Shown in pieces: positions 1-8,484 of a stretch of 54,487 bases of DNA (the stretch's first letter is position 1; the number at the start of each line of letters is the position of its first letter). The stretch spans positions 1 through 54,487 of the IMG/VR virus record IMGVR_UViG_3300033148_005240. One strand, given 5' to 3'. Made by a program: the position numbers and the translations under genes. The notes under the pieces are model-generated. The model was not told the DNA's origin. It did not search any database and worked only from the letters and a program-made list of their open reading frames with translations. Origin of the DNA: a virus. Taxonomy: Duplodnaviria; Caudoviricetes.

Positions 1-159
1 GGTTTGAGAATTTACGCTCAAGGATATTATATTGGCAATGATTATGATAACGGTGAAAATTGTTGTAAAAAAATAATTTATTTTGAACCTTTAAAAAGAG
101 TTAATTTAAAACAGCCCAAAAAACCTCCAACAAGAGGATGGTGTTATATAAATGTCTAA
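1..159 (+). CDS. hypothetical protein, 5'-partial
   Basis: Open frame from base 1 (GLRIYAQGYY...PPTRGWCYINV) ending TAA at 157-159 and overlapping the next ATG; my own translation, not in the ORF track. Confidence 0.5.
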   Translation, partial: GLRIYAQGYYIGNDYDNGENCCKKIIYFEPLKRVNLKQPKKPPTRGWCYINV

Positions 160-355
160 ATATTGTATTTGTAATCCTATTTCTAGAGTATTTAATAAAA
201 AAGGAAATTGTAGTTTTTGTGACAAACCATTTAAAAGAATAGTGTTTAGAAGAACTTGGAAAAGAAAGCCCCAAACTCAAATCAAAAAAAGCGATAAAAT
301 ATATAATCGTAAAAAAGCGAAAAGAAAATTAAAGAAAAGATTAAAGGAGGAATAA
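152..355 (+). CDS. small basic Cys-containing hypothetical protein
   Basis: 67 aa with CxC...CxxC and a Lys/Arg-rich tail; AGAGGA upstream. Confidence 0.55.
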   Translation: MSKYCICNPISRVFNKKGNCSFCDKPFKRIVFRRTWKRKPQTQIKKSDKIYNRKKAKRKLKKRLKEE

Positions 356-495
356 TGATTATAAATATAATATTAATATTCATAGGAGTATTAGCGTATT
401 ATAAAGGATATTACGAAGGATATAAAAAAGCTAAATTTGATTTGGGATGTTCAACAAATAAACCGAAAGATATGAACTACGGAAAAAATAGATAA
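355..495 (+). CDS. small membrane protein (46 aa)
   Basis: TAATG coupling and AAGGAGG RBS; MIINIILIFIGVLAYYKGYYEG... has an N-terminal hydrophobic helix; my own translation. Confidence 0.55.
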   Translation: MIINIILIFIGVLAYYKGYYEGYKKAKFDLGCSTNKPKDMNYGKNR

Positions 496-514
496 GGAAA
501 GGAGGACAAAGATT

Positions 515-760
515 ATGTTGACAGGAAGAGATGCGACAGGAGATGCAAGGATTCTTGATAATTTAGCTAAAGGTAAAGATGGCGATGATTTACAGATTCA
601 ATTGCTTCGAGGAATAGTTAAAGGTGTATCATTAGTGATAAAGCTTTTGGTAAGCATACGAGGTAATCAAGTAGCTATTATGAAGAAAACAGGGGTAACG
701 CTAAGACAGCCTGAAGATAGGGATAAAGGTAAAAATAGCACCAATGATACAGAAAAATAA
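515..760 (+). CDS. hypothetical protein
   Basis: 81 aa ORF with a strong AAGGAGG RBS. Confidence 0.65.
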   Translation: MLTGRDATGDARILDNLAKGKDGDDLQIQLLRGIVKGVSLVIKLLVSIRGNQVAIMKKTGVTLRQPEDRDKGKNSTNDTEK

Positions 761-770
761 GGGAAATTAC

Positions 771-809
771 GCTGAAGTATAAGTCTTTAACAGAGATTTT
801 TACTTCAGC
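771..809 (+). terminator. stem-loop, probable terminator or processing hairpin
   Basis: GCTGAAGTA (771-779) pairs with TACTTCAGC (801-809), with inner AAGTCTT/GAGATTT pairing; directly after the stop at 760; U-tract is weak. Confidence 0.45.
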
Positions 810-852
810 TAACCTTATTATTGTTAAAAGAACAAAAGTTGGTTAGATACTA

Positions 853-882
853 TTGACAATGGGGATAGAAATATGATATACT
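853..882 (+). promoter_or_regulatory. sigma70-type promoter with extended -10
   Basis: TTGACA (853-858), 18-nt spacer containing TG at 874-875, TATACT (877-882); upstream of the long + strand gene run. Confidence 0.7.
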
Positions 883-1043
883 ATATAAGGGAGAGAGAAA
901 TAGATTGTAGACAATGTAAAAAAGGAAAATTAAGACTTGGGAATAATTTTCCTTATAGTAAAATTCTAGTTGTTTATTATAGATGTGATAATTGTGGACA
1001 CGAAATTAAAATAACTTATAGAAAAAATGAAGATAATAATTAA
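873..1043 (+). CDS. small zinc-ribbon protein (start uncertain)
   Basis: IDCRQCKKG...YRCDNCGHEIK has two CxxC; stop at 1041-1043; the only in-frame ATG lies inside the promoter. Confidence 0.45.
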   Translation: MIYYIREREIDCRQCKKGKLRLGNNFPYSKILVVYYRCDNCGHEIKITYRKNEDNN

Positions 1044-1218
1044 AGAAAATAAAGAACATTATTATTTAAATAAAGCTGAACAGAAATTTTTAGATACTAT
1101 TAGATTTAATTTTTTAAATAAAGAAATACAATCCTCTATTTTTAGAGATTTAATGTCTAATGCTGAAATTATAGATAAAGATAATAACATAAAAGAAAGA
1201 TTAAAAATAGGATTATAA
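1027..1218 (+). CDS. hypothetical protein
   Basis: 63 aa ORF abutting the next gene. Confidence 0.55.
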   Translation: MKIIIKENKEHYYLNKAEQKFLDTIRFNFLNKEIQSSIFRDLMSNAEIIDKDNNIKERLKIGL

Positions 1219-1494
1219 ATGAAAAATAAAGGTAGGAAAGCGGAAGAGCATTTTATTAAAACAATAAACAGCGGAGCATTTTTCCATGATGCAGATGCTA
1301 CTTCTGATAAATATGCTCTTGAACACAAATATACAGAAAAGAAAAGTTTTAGAATTACTACGGACTTATTAAAAAAAATACATAATGAAGCATTTGACCA
1401 AAACAAATTTCCTTTATTTGGTATTACAATTAAAGAAGGTGAAAGTCTTTGGATGTTAAAAGTAACCATCCTTAAAAAAACAGGAGGAATTTAA
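1219..1494 (+). CDS. Holliday junction resolvase-like PD-(D/E)XK nuclease
   Basis: KNKGRKAEE...SGA..DAD...LEHK pattern resembles Hjc-type phage resolvases. Confidence 0.6.
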   Translation: MKNKGRKAEEHFIKTINSGAFFHDADATSDKYALEHKYTEKKSFRITTDLLKKIHNEAFDQNKFPLFGITIKEGESLWMLKVTILKKTGGI

Positions 1495-1495
1495 A

Positions 1496-2626
1496 ATGAA
1501 GAAAATATGGACAAAAGAAAAACTTGATGTTTTAAAAATGTATTTAGAAGCTGGAGCTACTTATCGTGAAATCGCCCAAAAACTTAGTCTTACTTATGAC
1601 CAAGTAGAACATGCTGTGAGGAGATACGATTTAAGAGCAGGGGTTAGTAATACTCTCGTATTACCTAAAGATAAAAGTAAGCTAAAAAAAGACGATGTTA
1701 CAAAATTGGCTAGGCTTATCGGACAAAATATCTATGAGAATTATCGGACAATTCAATTGCGAGAGCCAAAAGCGTTAAAAAGTATAGCAAAAAGAGAAGA
1801 ACATTCTATTTTAGATATTTCAGATATTCATGGTGGAATGATTAATGAAGTATTCGACAGCAAATCTGGAAAGAAAGAGATAACCTATAATCAGAATATT
1901 TTTGAAAAAGAGCTTGCTAATTTACAAGAATCTGTATTTCAAATTCATGAAATCCTCAGAAACGCTTATAAATTAAAGGAATTAACTATTTTTTCTCTTG
2001 GCGACCTTATCACTAATGACCGTATATTTCCTGAACAAACTTTTGAAATAGAGAAAGTTGTTGGACTTCAGATATGGGATATGGTTGGATATTTAACTAA
2101 ATTTATCAACAACTTGCTTAAAATTTATGAAAAAATTACTTTTGTTGGAGTAGTAGGAAATCATGGAAGGTCAAATCCTACTCATTATAATGAACCAGTA
2201 GAAAATAATTTTGAATATTTTCTCTATAAAACTCTTCAGAAACAATTTGCCAATACCAAACGAGTAAATATAATCGTTCCTGAAACAAGACGATATATCC
2301 ATAAAATTTATGGTTGGAGACATCTTATAGAACATGGAGATAGTATGAGAGGGTCAAGTCGTAATTATATCGAAAAACAGATTAAAGACCTTAAATTAAA
2401 TGTAGGAGGTTTTGATGTTTTGCATTTTGGACACTTTCATAAATTAGAGGAAATGGAAATTTCTGATAGTGTAATAGTTAAACAGAATGGTTGTTGGATT
2501 CCAAAGGATAATTATGGTTTTAACAAATTTAAAAACTATAGTATACCTAAACAACATTTTTTTGGCTGTAATGTCAAACGCCCTGAAACATGGAGTTATA
2601 AAATAGATTTAAGAGTAGAACAATAA
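1496..2626 (+). CDS. HTH-fused calcineurin-like metallophosphoesterase
   Basis: N-terminal HTH (GATYREIAQKLSLTYDQV); motifs SDIH, GDL, GNHG, EHGD, GHFH. Confidence 0.8.
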   Translation: MKKIWTKEKLDVLKMYLEAGATYREIAQKLSLTYDQVEHAVRRYDLRAGVSNTLVLPKDKSKLKKDDVTKLARLIGQNIYENYRTIQLREPKALKSIAKREEHSILDISDIHGGMINEVFDSKSGKKEITYNQNIFEKELANLQESVFQIHEILRNAYKLKELTIFSLGDLITNDRIFPEQTFEIEKVVGLQIWDMVGYLTKFINNLLKIYEKITFVGVVGNHGRSNPTHYNEPVENNFEYFLYKTLQKQFANTKRVNIIVPETRRYIHKIYGWRHLIEHGDSMRGSSRNYIEKQIKDLKLNVGGFDVLHFGHFHKLEEMEISDSVIVKQNGCWIPKDNYGFNKFKNYSIPKQHFFGCNVKRPETWSYKIDLRVEQ

Positions 2627-2640
2627 AATAGGAGGAAAAA

Positions 2641-2880
2641 ATGAATAACCTTACTCCCCGAAGATACGAAAAAGTTGATGCGAATACAATAAAAATAATT
2701 GTAGAACAAGAGAAGGCTATTGATTTAGCTAATCTTATTGCAGGTAAAGACCAATTAACAGCACAGATAAAAGATTTAACTGAAAGATTAAAGAATATTG
2801 ATGAAATTATTGTAGAAGCAAAGAAGTTGGGTATTGTTCCTAAAGTTAAATCTAAAGATGTAAAAAAGAAAGGGAAATAA
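2641..2880 (+). CDS. hypothetical coiled-coil protein
   Basis: 79 aa, AGGAGG RBS, heptad-like middle. Confidence 0.65.
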   Translation: MNNLTPRRYEKVDANTIKIIVEQEKAIDLANLIAGKDQLTAQIKDLTERLKNIDEIIVEAKKLGIVPKVKSKDVKKKGK

Positions 2881-2881
2881 A

Positions 2882-3124
2882 TTGACAGCAGAAATAATTA
2901 AAATTACTAAACAAAGGTCAAAATTTGGAGGAGATGTATATCTGGTTTGTTTTAAATCTTTAATGGGAAAAAGTTATATTTCTTATATTGCTCCTAAGTT
3001 TCGTAATTTTAGTCGTTGGAAAAAAGTTCTTTCCGTAGGAATTACTTTAACTGGTCTTAAATTATCGAGTAAAGGTAAAAATCTTATTGATGCGGATAGT
3101 CGGTTTCAAACAGTAGGAAAATAA
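2882..3124 (+). CDS. hypothetical protein
   Basis: 80 aa, TTG start, packed between neighbours. Confidence 0.6.
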   Translation: MTAEIIKITKQRSKFGGDVYLVCFKSLMGKSYISYIAPKFRNFSRWKKVLSVGITLTGLKLSSKGKNLIDADSRFQTVGK

Positions 3125-3125
3125 T

Positions 3126-3806
3126 ATGAAGAAATGTTCTAAATGTAAAATCAAAAAACCTATTATCGAGTTTCGTAAAAACAAAACTACTAAAAATGGC
3201 TATACTTATTACTGTAAAGACTGTCTGAAACCTATAAATAAAAAAGACAGAATTAAACATAAAGAAAAAAGGAGGGAATATAGAATTAAATATAAGAAAA
3301 ATCACTACCAAGAAATTAAAAATAAAGAAAAGGAATATCGTTTAAAAAATCGAGATAAATTAAATTTAAAAAGCAAGAAATGGCGAGAAAATCATAAAAC
3401 ATATATTAGAAACTATAGCCAAAAACGAAAAAAGAGGCGAAATAAATATGAACGAGAAAGAAGGGAAAAAGATAAAACATTAAAATTAATTAATGCTATA
3501 AGAAAAAGAATGTGGGAAGTTTTAAAAGGAAAAAAGAAATCTTTTTCATCATTGAAATTATTAGGATGTTCTATAAAACAACTAAAACAGCATTTAAAAA
3601 ATCAATTCAAAATAGGAATGACTTGGGAAAATTATGGGAGAGGTTGGTATGATAGGCAAGAGTGGCAAATAGACCATATTCGTCCTTGTGCTTCTTTTGA
3701 TTTAAGTAAAGCAAGTGAACAAAGAAAATGTTTTAATTATAGTAACCTGCGACCCCTGTGGGCGAAGGAAAATTTAAGTAGAAGTAAAACGAGGAGAATA
3801 ATATGA
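3126..3806 (+). CDS. HNH-type homing endonuclease (paralog 1 of 5)
   Basis: N-terminal CxxC..CxxC; C-terminal GMTWENYG..WQIDHIRPCASFDL..CFNYSNLRPLWAKENL. Confidence 0.8.
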   Translation: MKKCSKCKIKKPIIEFRKNKTTKNGYTYYCKDCLKPINKKDRIKHKEKRREYRIKYKKNHYQEIKNKEKEYRLKNRDKLNLKSKKWRENHKTYIRNYSQKRKKRRNKYERERREKDKTLKLINAIRKRMWEVLKGKKKSFSSLKLLGCSIKQLKQHLKNQFKIGMTWENYGRGWYDRQEWQIDHIRPCASFDLSKASEQRKCFNYSNLRPLWAKENLSRSKTRRII

Positions 3807-4069
3807 GTATACATAAATCTTTAAAATCTAAACGGTTTCCTAAAATTCGCACTGTTCGAAAAAGATATGAACGTATTGAGAAACTTAAAAGAACTTTAAA
3901 ATGGGTAGAAGGAATGTCAATTTATGGATTGCCAAAAGAAATTATACGAAGATTAAAATGGAAAATCAAGAAAGAAGAAGTAAAAAAGGAAATAGTTCCG
4001 CTTTACGATTTTATACAGGAAGAGTCAAAGAAGAAGAAAACAAGTCGAGATATTGGTAAAATAAAATAA
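3803..4069 (+). CDS. small basic protein resembling the PVC-superphylum signature protein (TIGR04137-like)
   Basis: MSIHKSLK...RTVRKRYERIEKLK...W.EGMSIYGLPK fits the recalled consensus MSxHxSLK..R.V..R.ERI..L...W......GLPK. Confidence 0.7.
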   Translation: MSIHKSLKSKRFPKIRTVRKRYERIEKLKRTLKWVEGMSIYGLPKEIIRRLKWKIKKEEVKKEIVPLYDFIQEESKKKKTSRDIGKIK

Positions 4070-4522
4070 TGAAATTTTTAGTGTTAAATAGAAAAGAAAT
4101 GGAAACTTTTGAGACACATATGAAACATATTGTTATTTCTATATGTGCCCCCTGAAGCGAAACCTGTTGAAATTTTTTCAAACAATCCTCCAGAAGGGAT
4201 TTTATATTTAAGATTTCCAGATTTTGATGAACCATATATAAAAGGTTATCCATATAATTATTTATTATTTGATGAATATAATACTAAAGATATTTTAAGA
4301 TTTGTAACTAATTATAAAGATAAAGTAGAACTGATAATATGTCAATGTGAAGCAGGGGTTTCTCGCAGTGCTGGAGTTGCAGGGGCATTAAGTAGAATTT
4401 TAAATAGAAACGATTTTTATCGATTTGAGGTTTATAAAAGGAATGGTTATAGAACCTTAGTTATTTGGGAACATGAACTTAAAGATGAAAATAGATTAAA
4501 GAGAAAATTATTAGAATTTTAA
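4069..4522 (+). pseudogene. protein-tyrosine/dual-specificity phosphatase-like gene, frameshifted, with an endonuclease-like C-terminal tail
   Basis: The ATG 4069 frame (MKFLVLNRKE...HIVISICAP) stops at 4155; the 4130 frame carries CEAGVSRS (CX5R); removing one C from the C5 run at 4148-4152 joins them. Confidence 0.6.
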
Positions 4523-4534
4523 GGAATATGTAAT

Positions 4535-5401
4535 ATGAAAATTTTAATTTGTGGAGATTCTCATATTTCTGAGAGAAGTATACCTGAACTAACAGAAGTC
4601 TTTAATGAAATATTAAAAATCAAAGCAGATAGGTTTGTGCAATTAGGTGATTTCTTTGAGCATAATAGACCAACCCCTGCGGAGTTGAGATTTGCCAGTT
4701 CTATCGTAAAAAAATTAAAAAAGAAATTTAAAGATGTTACTATTATTTCTGGCACTGGAACTCATGATTTATTACATGATATTTCAGTGATTGAATTTTT
4801 AAAAGAGTTAGATATTAATGCTGTTAAAGGGGATTATGTTAAAGATAATATATTGTTTGCTCATTACATGCTTCATGAATCCGTATTAGAGTATGGTTCA
4901 GGTAAATGTGGTATTAAAGATTTAGCAAAGTATAATTTTGTATTTTTAGGGCATCAACATAATCCACAAGATATAACAAAAAAAATATTTCATGTTGGTT
5001 CTGTAAGGTATCAAAATTTTAATGAAGTAGTCGATAAATTTAAAAGAGTAGCGATTTTAGAAAACGGTATTGTGAAATTTGTTCCTTTAAAATCTCCTTA
5101 TCCAATGATTGATGTTCATTCTTTAGAAGAATTAAAAAAGATAGAACCTGGTAAAAAGAAAGTTAGATTAATTATAAATAGTTTCGAGCAATTTAAAAAA
5201 GAAGTAAATGAGATAGGACAATGGCGACATAAATTTAATGTGTTTAAGATAAAGTTAGATTTTAAAAACATGCCAACTACTAAACCTGAAAAAATTCTAT
5301 CACAATCTAAAAAATTAAAAGAAATTCTTATGGAAGGTATAAAAAAAGTTAAAGATGAAGATGTTCGCAAACTTTTAAAGGGGGTTTTAGATGAAAAATA
5401 A
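4535..5401 (+). CDS. sbcD: Mre11/SbcD-like DNA repair nuclease
   Basis: GDSH, GDFF, GTHD, AHY, GHQH and GS motifs; a Rad50-like gene lies downstream. Confidence 0.75.
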   Translation: MKILICGDSHISERSIPELTEVFNEILKIKADRFVQLGDFFEHNRPTPAELRFASSIVKKLKKKFKDVTIISGTGTHDLLHDISVIEFLKELDINAVKGDYVKDNILFAHYMLHESVLEYGSGKCGIKDLAKYNFVFLGHQHNPQDITKKIFHVGSVRYQNFNEVVDKFKRVAILENGIVKFVPLKSPYPMIDVHSLEELKKIEPGKKKVRLIINSFEQFKKEVNEIGQWRHKFNVFKIKLDFKNMPTTKPEKILSQSKKLKEILMEGIKKVKDEDVRKLLKGVLDEK

Positions 5402-6302
5402 ATTAACAAAATATATTAATGCTTGTAAAAAACTTATAGATATGCCTTATAATAAATTGAACCTTGAGAACTATAAAGGCAAAGTATTAAATGCTTATAA
5501 TTTAAAAACTCTTGAATTTATCGATACTAACCCAAAATTACCTATTAAATTAATGTCAAATCAACATGACAATGCTGGCATTATCAAATCCGTTGTTAAA
5601 CCTAATAAAAAAAGAAATATTTATATAGTAGGTAAAGGGATTCTGTTTGATGCAGGAGGGTATGATTTAAAACCAAGTGGTCGGATGGATGATATGAAAT
5701 GTGATATGAGTGGGATGGCTATTGCTTTTGCAGTGGCTTCTTATTTAAAAAATGATAATGTAATTGCCTATTGTCCTGTTTCAGTTAATTTAATTCCCAA
5801 TGGTATAACTCCAGGAGACCAAATTAAGATAGGAAATAAAGAAGTTGAAATAACCAATACAGATGCCGAAGGAAGATTAATTTTAGCCGAAGCATTAACT
5901 CATCTTTCTATCAAAAAGAACGATATAGTTATTACCGTAGCAACTTTGACAGGGGCTTGTGCTTATGCGTTAGGAGAAAAGGCAACTGCATTTATGACTC
6001 CGACCAAAGAGCTGACTAAGAAATATAAAATAGCAGGGGAGAAAGCTGGGGAGCTTTGTTGGCGTTTACCTCTTTGGGATTATTTACAAAAGAAATATTA
6101 TAACAAAAGAAGAATTCGAAACAGTATTAAGGAAATTAAAGCTGGCACTATAGAAGGAGGCTTATTTATCAAACAATTTGTTCCATTTCCTAAGAATTGG
6201 ATTCATCTTGATATTGCCTCAAGTGGCTATGATAATGTAAAAAATCGAGCAACTGGTGAGCCTATAAGAACCCTTGTCGAATTTATTAGAAGGATAAAAT
6301 GA
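5391..6302 (+). CDS. pepA: M17 leucyl aminopeptidase, essentially catalytic domain only
   Basis: VGKGILFDAGGYDLKP, MKCDMSG, NTDAEGRL, ATLTGA, HLDIA. Confidence 0.9.
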   Translation: MKNKLTKYINACKKLIDMPYNKLNLENYKGKVLNAYNLKTLEFIDTNPKLPIKLMSNQHDNAGIIKSVVKPNKKRNIYIVGKGILFDAGGYDLKPSGRMDDMKCDMSGMAIAFAVASYLKNDNVIAYCPVSVNLIPNGITPGDQIKIGNKEVEITNTDAEGRLILAEALTHLSIKKNDIVITVATLTGACAYALGEKATAFMTPTKELTKKYKIAGEKAGELCWRLPLWDYLQKKYYNKRRIRNSIKEIKAGTIEGGLFIKQFVPFPKNWIHLDIASSGYDNVKNRATGEPIRTLVEFIRRIK

Positions 6303-7051
6303 CCAAAAAACCAAAGAAAATTTTTACATCTGCGAATATAGAAAAACTATTAAGTAATCGATTTGCTCCTCCAGCTTGGGCATTTTTACCTCAAGTAAGA
6401 AATGGAACAGGTTATGCAAGAACAGCTAGAACAGCAGATGCAATTGCAATGAGTCTATATCCTAGTAGGGGATTATATTTAAATGGTTTTGAAATAAAAA
6501 TATCTCGTAGTGATTGGCTTAATGAATTAAAAAATCCAGACAAAGCAGAGGCAATTGCTAAATATTGTGATTATTGGTGGATTGTAGCTCCAAAAGATAT
6601 TGTTAAAATTGAAGAATTACCTTCTAATTGGGGTTTAATGATTCCTTTTGGTGCAACAACTAAAATTGTCAAAGAAGCAAAACAATTGAAATCAAAAAAT
6701 CCTGATAAGCTTTTTTTAGCAGGGGTATTAAGAAAAGCTCAAGAAGTAATTACTCCTACAGCAGAACTAAGAGAAGAACATAAAAAAGGATATGATTTAG
6801 GTAAAAATAATACAGAATCCAATTTTAAATGGGAGAAAGATGAACACAAGAAACTTAAACAGACAGTTCTTGAATTTGAACAAGCAAGTGGAGTTAAAAT
6901 AGATACTTGGCAAGATAGCAAGGAAATTGGAGAAGCTGTTAAATTAGTTTTGAATGGTGAATATCTTAGGATAAAGAAAAATTTACAACGATTACTTAAA
7001 AATGCCGAAGACATTGTTATTGATATAAAAGAAAATTTAGGAAAAAAATGA
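6299..7051 (+). CDS. PD-(D/E)XK nuclease, MmcB-like
   Basis: RTADAIAMSLYPSRG..GFEIKISRSDW..EL..PDK....YCDYWWIV. Confidence 0.65.
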   Translation: MTKKPKKIFTSANIEKLLSNRFAPPAWAFLPQVRNGTGYARTARTADAIAMSLYPSRGLYLNGFEIKISRSDWLNELKNPDKAEAIAKYCDYWWIVAPKDIVKIEELPSNWGLMIPFGATTKIVKEAKQLKSKNPDKLFLAGVLRKAQEVITPTAELREEHKKGYDLGKNNTESNFKWEKDEHKKLKQTVLEFEQASGVKIDTWQDSKEIGEAVKLVLNGEYLRIKKNLQRLLKNAEDIVIDIKENLGKK

Positions 7052-8484
7052 ATATAAAAACCATCAAATTAACTAATTTTAAGTGTTTTAAGGGGATTAA
7101 ATTCGCATTTGACCCAATGACTCTAATTAGAGGGAAAAATGGCGTAGGTAAGACCACAGCCACGCTGGAAGCCCTTTTATATACTCTATATGGCTACACG
7201 ACCAAAGAATTACTCTCTGATTTGCCTACAAGAGGAGTATCCAAATCTTGTGCTGTAGAAGTAGAATTTACTAGAAATAATCATACTTATATCGTAAAAA
7301 GAGCTTATCCTAGCAAGCTTTTTATTATTAAAGACGGTTCAGTAATTAAATTTAATACTACTGCGGAAGGAAATACTTTTTTAACTGAATTAGTAGGGTC
7401 AAGGGAATATTTTCAGAAATTTAGAGTTATAGATAAAGCTAAAGAAAGTAATCTTTTAGAGCAAGGTAATGTAGCTTTAAAGAGAATTATCTTTGCAGGT
7501 TCGGATGAAATTTTTAATAATATGAGGGTTAGATTATTAGAGATAAAAAGAAAGCGAGAACTCCTTAATAAAGATAGAGTAAAGGTCTCTTCTCATTATC
7601 CTTCAGAAAAAAGATTATCAGTGGTGACAAATAAAATGAAGGAATTAGAGGAACAAGAGACAGATTTGATTAAAACTATAAGAGAATTTGAAACTGATTT
7701 TCGTAAAACAGAAAGAGAAACAGGGAAATTAGAAAATGAAAAAGTCAATTATAATAATCGGAAAAATATATTAAATCGTCCTAGCAAGAAATGTTATGCT
7801 TGTGAACAACTTCTTCCTATTCCTAAAGCTAAAGAAATGTTAGAAGAAGCAAATAAAAAAATCAAAGAAATTAATAATTCTTTAGCAACTAAAAATTCTG
7901 AAATAAAAGAAATGAAAGACCTTATAAATTCTCATAGAACTATAAAAGGCAACATTTCCAATAAATTACAAACCTTATTTGAGTTAAGAAATGAATTAGA
8001 ATCTAGATTAAAGATGAAGGATTTTATTTACACTAATAAAGATGAAGAAATAGTTAAACAAGCGGTGAAAGAATTGGATAATATTTCTTCTTATTATTTA
8101 ACAAAAACTGTTAAAACTTTAACGCCAATAATAAATTCCATTTTACAAAAAATTAATTTTACAATTTCTTTTAATGTAAATAATAAAGGTAAATTTGCAA
8201 TTGAATTACAAAAACCCAATGCCATTTATAAATACAAAGACCTTAGTTGCGGTGAAAAAATCATGCTTCAAATTGCTTTTAAATTGGCTATACTTTTACA
8301 AAATAACGATACAGGTATTATCGTTGCAGATGAAGGGTTTGCTTCATTAGATGAAGATAATTTGCGACATATCTTAGAAATTTTTGAAGGTCTTCCTTTT
8401 CAGCTTTTATTAGTATTGCACCATGCTCCTGATTTAGGAGACAATATAAAAACAATAGATTTAAATAATGAAAAACAAAAGTAA
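7048..8484 (+). CDS. sbcC: Rad50/SbcC-like SMC ATPase
   Basis: Walker A GKNGVGKT, coiled coil, zinc hook CYAC, signature LSCGEK, Walker B VADEG, H-loop. Confidence 0.9.
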   Translation: MNIKTIKLTNFKCFKGIKFAFDPMTLIRGKNGVGKTTATLEALLYTLYGYTTKELLSDLPTRGVSKSCAVEVEFTRNNHTYIVKRAYPSKLFIIKDGSVIKFNTTAEGNTFLTELVGSREYFQKFRVIDKAKESNLLEQGNVALKRIIFAGSDEIFNNMRVRLLEIKRKRELLNKDRVKVSSHYPSEKRLSVVTNKMKELEEQETDLIKTIREFETDFRKTERETGKLENEKVNYNNRKNILNRPSKKCYACEQLLPIPKAKEMLEEANKKIKEINNSLATKNSEIKEMKDLINSHRTIKGNISNKLQTLFELRNELESRLKMKDFIYTNKDEEIVKQAVKELDNISSYYLTKTVKTLTPIINSILQKINFTISFNVNNKGKFAIELQKPNAIYKYKDLSCGEKIMLQIAFKLAILLQNNDTGIIVADEGFASLDEDNLRHILEIFEGLPFQLLLVLHHAPDLGDNIKTIDLNNEKQK

